Shown here: in pieces, positions 58,770 to 64,000 of the stretch
Position numbering within the stretch: the stretch's first letter is position 1
Layout of the letters: every line of letters begins with the position of its first letter
Source of the DNA: Isurus oxyrinchus
Lineage: Eukaryota
Assembly (NCBI GenBank): GCA_026770705.1
Contig: JANJGN010000021.1
Location: 107,508,001 to 107,572,000, forward strand
Length of the DNA stretch: 64,000 nt
Direction: 5' to 3'
The notes under the pieces: generated by a model
The model's input: only the letters and a program-made list of their open reading frames with translations
Databases searched by the model: none
What the model was told of the DNA's origin: nothing
Translations under genes and position numbers: made by a program

Positions 58770-59945
58770 TATCCTCCAGCTGGGTGGGACTGCTCTCCAT
58801 TCTTATCCATCTAATTATATTCCAAGAATCCTTGCAATGGCTTCACTTCCAGATCCCGCACCGTTGCTTCTGGTATCCGCCAAGGATCTATCCTTATCCC
58901 CCTCCTATTTCTCATCCACGTGCTGCCCCTTGGCAACATCATCTGAAACCACGGAAGTTAATTTTCACAAGCGCGCTGACAACCCCCAGCTCCAGCTTAC
59001 GGCCAACTTCCATCGATTCCCCCACTGTTGATAAACTATCCAACTGCTTATCCAACACCCAATACTGGATGGGCAGGAATCCTCTCCAGTTAAATTTTGG
59101 GAAGACTGAAGCCATTCTTTACAGTCCCTGTTCCAAATCCATTCCCAAGCTACTAACTCCATCCCTTACTCTGGCAGCCGTCTGAGAATAAACCAGCCTG
59201 TTCACATCTTGATGTTATATTTGACCCCAGATCAGCTTCCAAGCACAAATTCACACCATCATTAAGACTGCCTATTTCCATCTCCATCGCATCTTCCGAC
59301 TTCACCCCTGTCTCAGCTCATGTCCTCCTGAAACTCTCATCCAATGCCTTCATTCCCTGTTCCAACTCACTCCAGGCTGCTCTCCCACATTCTACCCTCT
59401 GTAAACTTGAGGTCATCCAAAAGCCCTGCTGCCCATGTCTTAACTTGCACTAAGTCTCATCACTTGCCACTCCTGTGCTCACTGACCTACGTTGGCCCTC
59501 AGTCAAGCAACATCTTGACTTTAAAATTCTCATCCTTGTTTTCAAATCCCTCTGTGGCCTCCCCGCCTCCTCCTTCCCCACCCCCGCATCCTCCACCCCC
59601 CCCCCCCCCCCCCCCCCCCGCACCCCCCCCCAATCTCTGTCACCTACGCCAGCCCCACAACCCTCCGAGTTCTCTGGGCTCATGTAATTCTGGCCCCTTG
59701 AGCAACCCCCATTTTAATTACTCTGCTATTGGTGGCTGTGCCTTCAGTTGCTTAGGCCCCAAGCTCTGGAATTCCCTCCCTCCAACTCTCTGCCTCTTTT
59801 TTATCCTTTAAGATGATCTTAAAATCAACCTCTTTGACCAAGATTTGGTCGTCTGGCTGAATATGTGGCTTTGTGTTGTGTTCTGCTTTGTAATCTGCGA
59901 AATGCCTTGGGATGTTTTGTTAATTTAAGATGTATAATTTGTTGT
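58770..59945 (+). mobile_element. L2 3' fragment
   Basis: WM..N.LQLN.GKTEAI, L.W..VKQ..DFKILILVFKSL.GL and AFS..GPKLWNSLP. Confidence 0.75.
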
Positions 59946-59992
59946 TATTCTAATCAACCTGTGACTGTTGAGAGATGGCAATGCATATTTGT

Positions 59993-60003
59993 AATAAAAT
60001 AAA
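59993..60003 (+). terminator. Candidate distal poly(A) signal of gene B (alternatives at 57641 and 57963)
   Basis: Overlapping AATAAAATAAA followed by a GT/T-rich downstream segment. Confidence 0.4.
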
Positions 60004-60619
60004 GCTTCACTCACAGAATTGGGAAGTGTCTTTTTACACTCTGTTGTGCAGTCACTGAAAAACAGCCGTTAGTTCAGTCCCAGATGAAGGCAGGTTGCCT
60101 ACTCTCCAGGAGTACCCTGGACTCTCCTGGAATTGAAGATTAATCCCCAGGATACTGCAGGGAAACAAAACCCAGGGAGGAAAATAAGTCGCCGGGATGT
60201 TTGAAGAATCACATTTGTTCAGCACTGTATGTTCACTAGTTATGAAAAGGGGCTTGGCAACCAATCAGGGATATGAAGATTCTGCTCGCTTTCTGATTGG
60301 CCATGGGAGGGTGGCTTGCCGTGAGGATGGGTGTTTAGGTGACCAATGGTGGGAGAGATTTTTAGAGGGTGGAGGGCTGTGGGGGAGCAGAGCAGTTGAA
60401 GGTCAGAGGTCATGTGATGAAACCTTCCGGGAGATGCCCAAGCAGAGTTGCCAGCACCTGTGACTTAATGATTATCTGACACTGCACTGCCCCCATTGTC
60501 GAATAGACTTGGGCGCTTGCTGTATGTGGCTCATTTTGTGCCCTTATTCTCCAACCTACATTCCCATCCTCCTTACCCACCAACAGCAGGGGCTCACAGT
60601 GTTTCCCCTGTGTTACCTC

Positions 60620-61345
60620 TAAAAGAAGGAACTTGCATTTCTCTTGCGCTTTTCATTATCTCAGGATTCCCCCAGAGCACTTAACAGCTAAAGACATGCA
60701 GGGCGCTGTTGTAATGCGGAAAATGCAAAAGTGAATTTGTGCACAGCAAGATTCCTGCTAACAGCAATGCAATTATGACCAGATCATCTGTTTTCATGAT
60801 GGTGATTGAGGGATAAATTTTGACCAGGATAACTCCCCTCCTCTTCCTCCAATCGTGGATGAACAAACTTTCACATCCACCCCAGAGTGCAGATGGGGCC
60901 TCAGTTCAACGTCTCAATCGAAAGGCAATAGTTCTGACAATGTCGCACTCCATCAGTACTGCACTGGCATGTCAGCTTGGATTGTGGGCACCATTGCCCG
61001 GCATAGGATTCAAATCTATGACCTTCTGAGCTGGAGATTGTAGTGTAAGGATATCCGGCATAGCGAGGGTTAATGTGGGAGTGGGAAACAGTACCGCCCA
61101 CGGTGTGATGTAAAGAGACACATGACCTGAGACTAGGGAGAGTTGTGCTCTGGACAGAGACCCATGTAGAAGCCAGCATGGAGTTAGCTCATAGTTTTGG
61201 GCCAAACTCTATATATACGTATATAGTTATGTGTTATCAATAAACACAATGTTCAACCTTACAAGATTCAGAATCTCTTTGTGAGACCTACTGAACAGAA
61301 CATATACAACAAGGATGAGCATGCTAACCATTGACTCAGGGCTAA
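60620..61345 (-). mobile_element. Deu-domain SINE-like copy (other fragments at about 4980-5050, 11480-11700, 36440-36700, 41445-41560, 44955-45090 and 63420-63690)
   Basis: Shared core cagtgc.gtactgaggga.tgctgcac.gtc..aggtgc, recalled as typical of DeuSINEs. Family name unverified. Confidence 0.55.
61039..61311 (+). mobile_element. Short solo LTR-like insert in a SINE
   Basis: tgtagt..acaaca termini, AATAAA at about 61239, interrupts a Deu-type SINE. TSD imperfect. Confidence 0.45.
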
Positions 61346-62071
61346 AGGAATCTATTGGTCTAGAAGGAAGCACCTGGTTGGCTGTGAGTCACTTTGGAAC
61401 ATGCTGAGGATATGAAAGGCTGTATAGGAATGTATAATGTTCTTTATCTAAGTTTATTCTGATCAACGTTTAAGGCAAAATCAACCTCTTGCAATCAAGG
61501 AACTGATGTTCATTTGTAAAAATGAAATCTGAGCTTAAAATAGCTTACATGTAGGTTTGAGTAAATGTAAAGGAACTGGGTAAAGGAAGCTGTTACATTT
61601 TAGAGATCCAGGTACTGTGGCCAAGGCAAATAGCCTTCAACCAAGTGAATGGAAAGCTATGAATGACAGTCACCTGAATTTACATTAATGATCCCAGTGG
61701 CTAAAGACTGTATACTGGCACACAGTTCCTATCTTGAGAATAGGAACATAGGGAATATGATCAGGAGTAGGCCTTTTGGCCCCTTGAGCCAGTTCTCTGC
61801 CTGAAGGCAAGTCCTTCACTGAAGTGCAGCAAAGTGCCATGGTGAGGAGACAGGCCCTGAATCTACTTAAGCCACAACAGGAATTGAACCCTGCACAGTT
61901 TGCACTGATCTAATCTGCACACTAGCTGCTTTGCCAACCGAGCTAACCTGCCTCCCCATTGCTAGGACTCTAGAAATCAGAATTTAGGCTTGTGTCTAAT
62001 TATACCTCTATAACATTGCTCATCTCCGAACCAGCCTCAGCTCATCTGCTGCTTGCCTAATCTACCATCCC

Positions 62072-62990
62072 TGTTATGAGGCAGCAGATGACATGTGCCA
62101 AGAGGATCAAATCCATGAGCAAAACTTGATCATGCTATCACAACAGTTTTGCAATTTGTATTTATTTCAAGATGCGTGTCCTGAATTCAGAAGTAATAAG
62201 TCCATCAAGACTGCAGAGATGTTAAAATAAATAAATTGAAATAAATTAAAATATTTATTAACAAAAGAGATTTCAAGCACATACATGGAACTATAAATTA
62301 CTACTATAATAATTCCTAAAATCCCTAATTAACCTGGCTCTTAGTTACACACCCTTTAAGGCAATGGTTCAAAAATAGATTTTAGATTTTAAACAGATCC
62401 AGCAAATTAACATAATACCCTGGACAGTGGAATTCGGAATGGCTCTCTCCAGCATCGGTTTCTGTACAGCAGGTTTATGCACAAATGCTGGAGGCTTCTC
62501 ACACTTCTGTTAGATCTTACAATGCCTTCCATTGACACATAGCCTCATTCTCCTTTATAAATGTTTCTCCCTTTTTAATATGTAAATTCCAATTTTTTCC
62601 GTATGTCTTTGGAACTTTACCTTTCTCATAATATAAATCTTTTCTTGTTGCCACTATATATTGTCAGTGACCCTTGAGAAAAATAAACACATTCCCAAGC
62701 TTGCTTGTCTGGCTATTTCTAAACAGACTGAGATCCCTTTGAAAACCAAATCCCCCTTTCTATCTAAAAATGCAAATTCCCTTTACACCTTACATGCTGA
62801 GACCCCAGCCATGTTTACTTATTAGCATATTAAAGTAACTTCTACACCTTACTTCTTTTGATAACTTCAACTTGCAGTCTGCTTGGCTATGAAATATAAT
62901 TAAATCACACAGACCTAACTATTTACCCCCATAAACCTACTTTACAATAGACCAGAAAAATAGTATGAAAATTATTATATCGTCATGACC
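62072..62990 (-). mobile_element. Solo LTR-like element (919 bp)
   Basis: Termini tgttatga / tcatgacc, perfect 5-bp TSD ATCCC, tttatt near the left end. Confidence 0.7.
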
Positions 62991-63877
62991 ATCCCATAAA
63001 TCACCCGACAAACTCTTAAATATCAAGAGATTTGCTATAAAAATTACAAGCTTTAATTTTTTAATTCCAAAATAAAATATATATGGGTCAAAATCCTGGA
63101 ACTCCCTCCCTTACAGCACTGTGGACAGCTCACCACCAGTTTCTCGAAGGGCAATTAGAAATGGGCATCTCTAAAAAAAACACTGTCTTAGCCAGCGACA
63201 CCCACATCCCATGGAAGAATGAAAAAAAGATTATGAGTTGGTTGATAAACCTCACAGGTAGATGATTTAATCTCAAACATGCCAGAGTTCTTTACAAATC
63301 CATATAAAATGCATCTGAAAATGCTTTGTAAAAACCTTTTTAAAAATTTACCCTGTTATCCCTTTGAAAAGAAACCGCCCTCCCACCACAGTCATGTAAG
63401 AATGTTAAAAAAACAAAAGAATTGCATTTCTATAGCACTGTCACCACCTCAGGATCCCACTAACCCCCCCACCCCACCCCACCCTCACCACATTCCCCCC
63501 CCAACTCCCCTCCCCCAGAGCATTTCACAATCAAAAATGTTTTGTGAAGTGTAGGCACCATTGCAATGTTGGAAACGCAGGAGGTAATTTGTGCACAGCA
63601 AGATCCCGCAAAGAGCAATGTGATAACAACCCGTTTTCCTGATGGCGATGAAGGGCAAAATGTTGTCCAGTTTTATTAATAGCTGACAGGGCTGCCTTCT
63701 TATAGGATGAAACCTAACCCACGTGTTACATCTCAATGCATTAATACATTAAAAATACATCTTTCCTCAGTGGAGTAACAATTATCACCTCCGAAGCTGA
63801 CTTCTTCATATTGTGATAGCTAAGACAATACAAACATAAGAACAATAGCTGATGGCTAAAGACTCTCTTATATGGGT

Positions 63878-64000
63878 ATAAAAGCAGAAAACTGCAGATG
63901 CTGGAAATCCAAAACAGAAACAGAAATACCTGGAAAATCTCAGCAGGTCTGGCAGCATCGGCGGAGAAGAGCACAGTTGACGTTTCGAGTCCTCATGAAG
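63878..64000 (-). mobile_element. Penelope terminal repeat of the young family, running off the window end
   Basis: Closely matches 44500-44620. Confidence 0.8.

Noticed and set aside
60091-60460. Possible non-autonomous DNA transposon (ggttgcc..gttgcc ends)
   Set aside because: The termini are too degenerate and no TSD could be read, so it was not listed as a feature.

Overview
Repeat-rich vertebrate genomic DNA, most likely elasmobranch (shark/ray), inferred from the mix of CR1/L2 LINEs, Deu-domain SINEs and Penelope-like elements. It holds two head-to-tail butyrophilin-like loci on the + strand. Gene A is represented only by its 3' end: a 27-nt micro-exon and a B30.2/PRY-SPRY exon (4036-4547). 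Gene B is complete and can be spliced by hand into 11 coding exons (35432-57598, 498 aa): signal peptide, IgV, IgC, TM, six 21/27-nt micro-exons, B30.2. A CpG-rich putative promoter with a triple AAAGTG IRF element and a non-coding exon 1 lies at about 8140-8492. That would give gene B a ~27-kb first intron. This intron carries a nested foldback Penelope insertion with hammerhead-ribozyme motifs and a ~13.5-kb 30/31-bp G-rich satellite that was amplified as three higher-order blocks. Short palindromic Penelope-derived elements with hammerhead motifs and 14-15-bp TSDs recur through the window. Most ORFs in the supplied track are repeat artefacts. All calls were made by eye; family names and comparisons to human proteins come from memory, not from searches.
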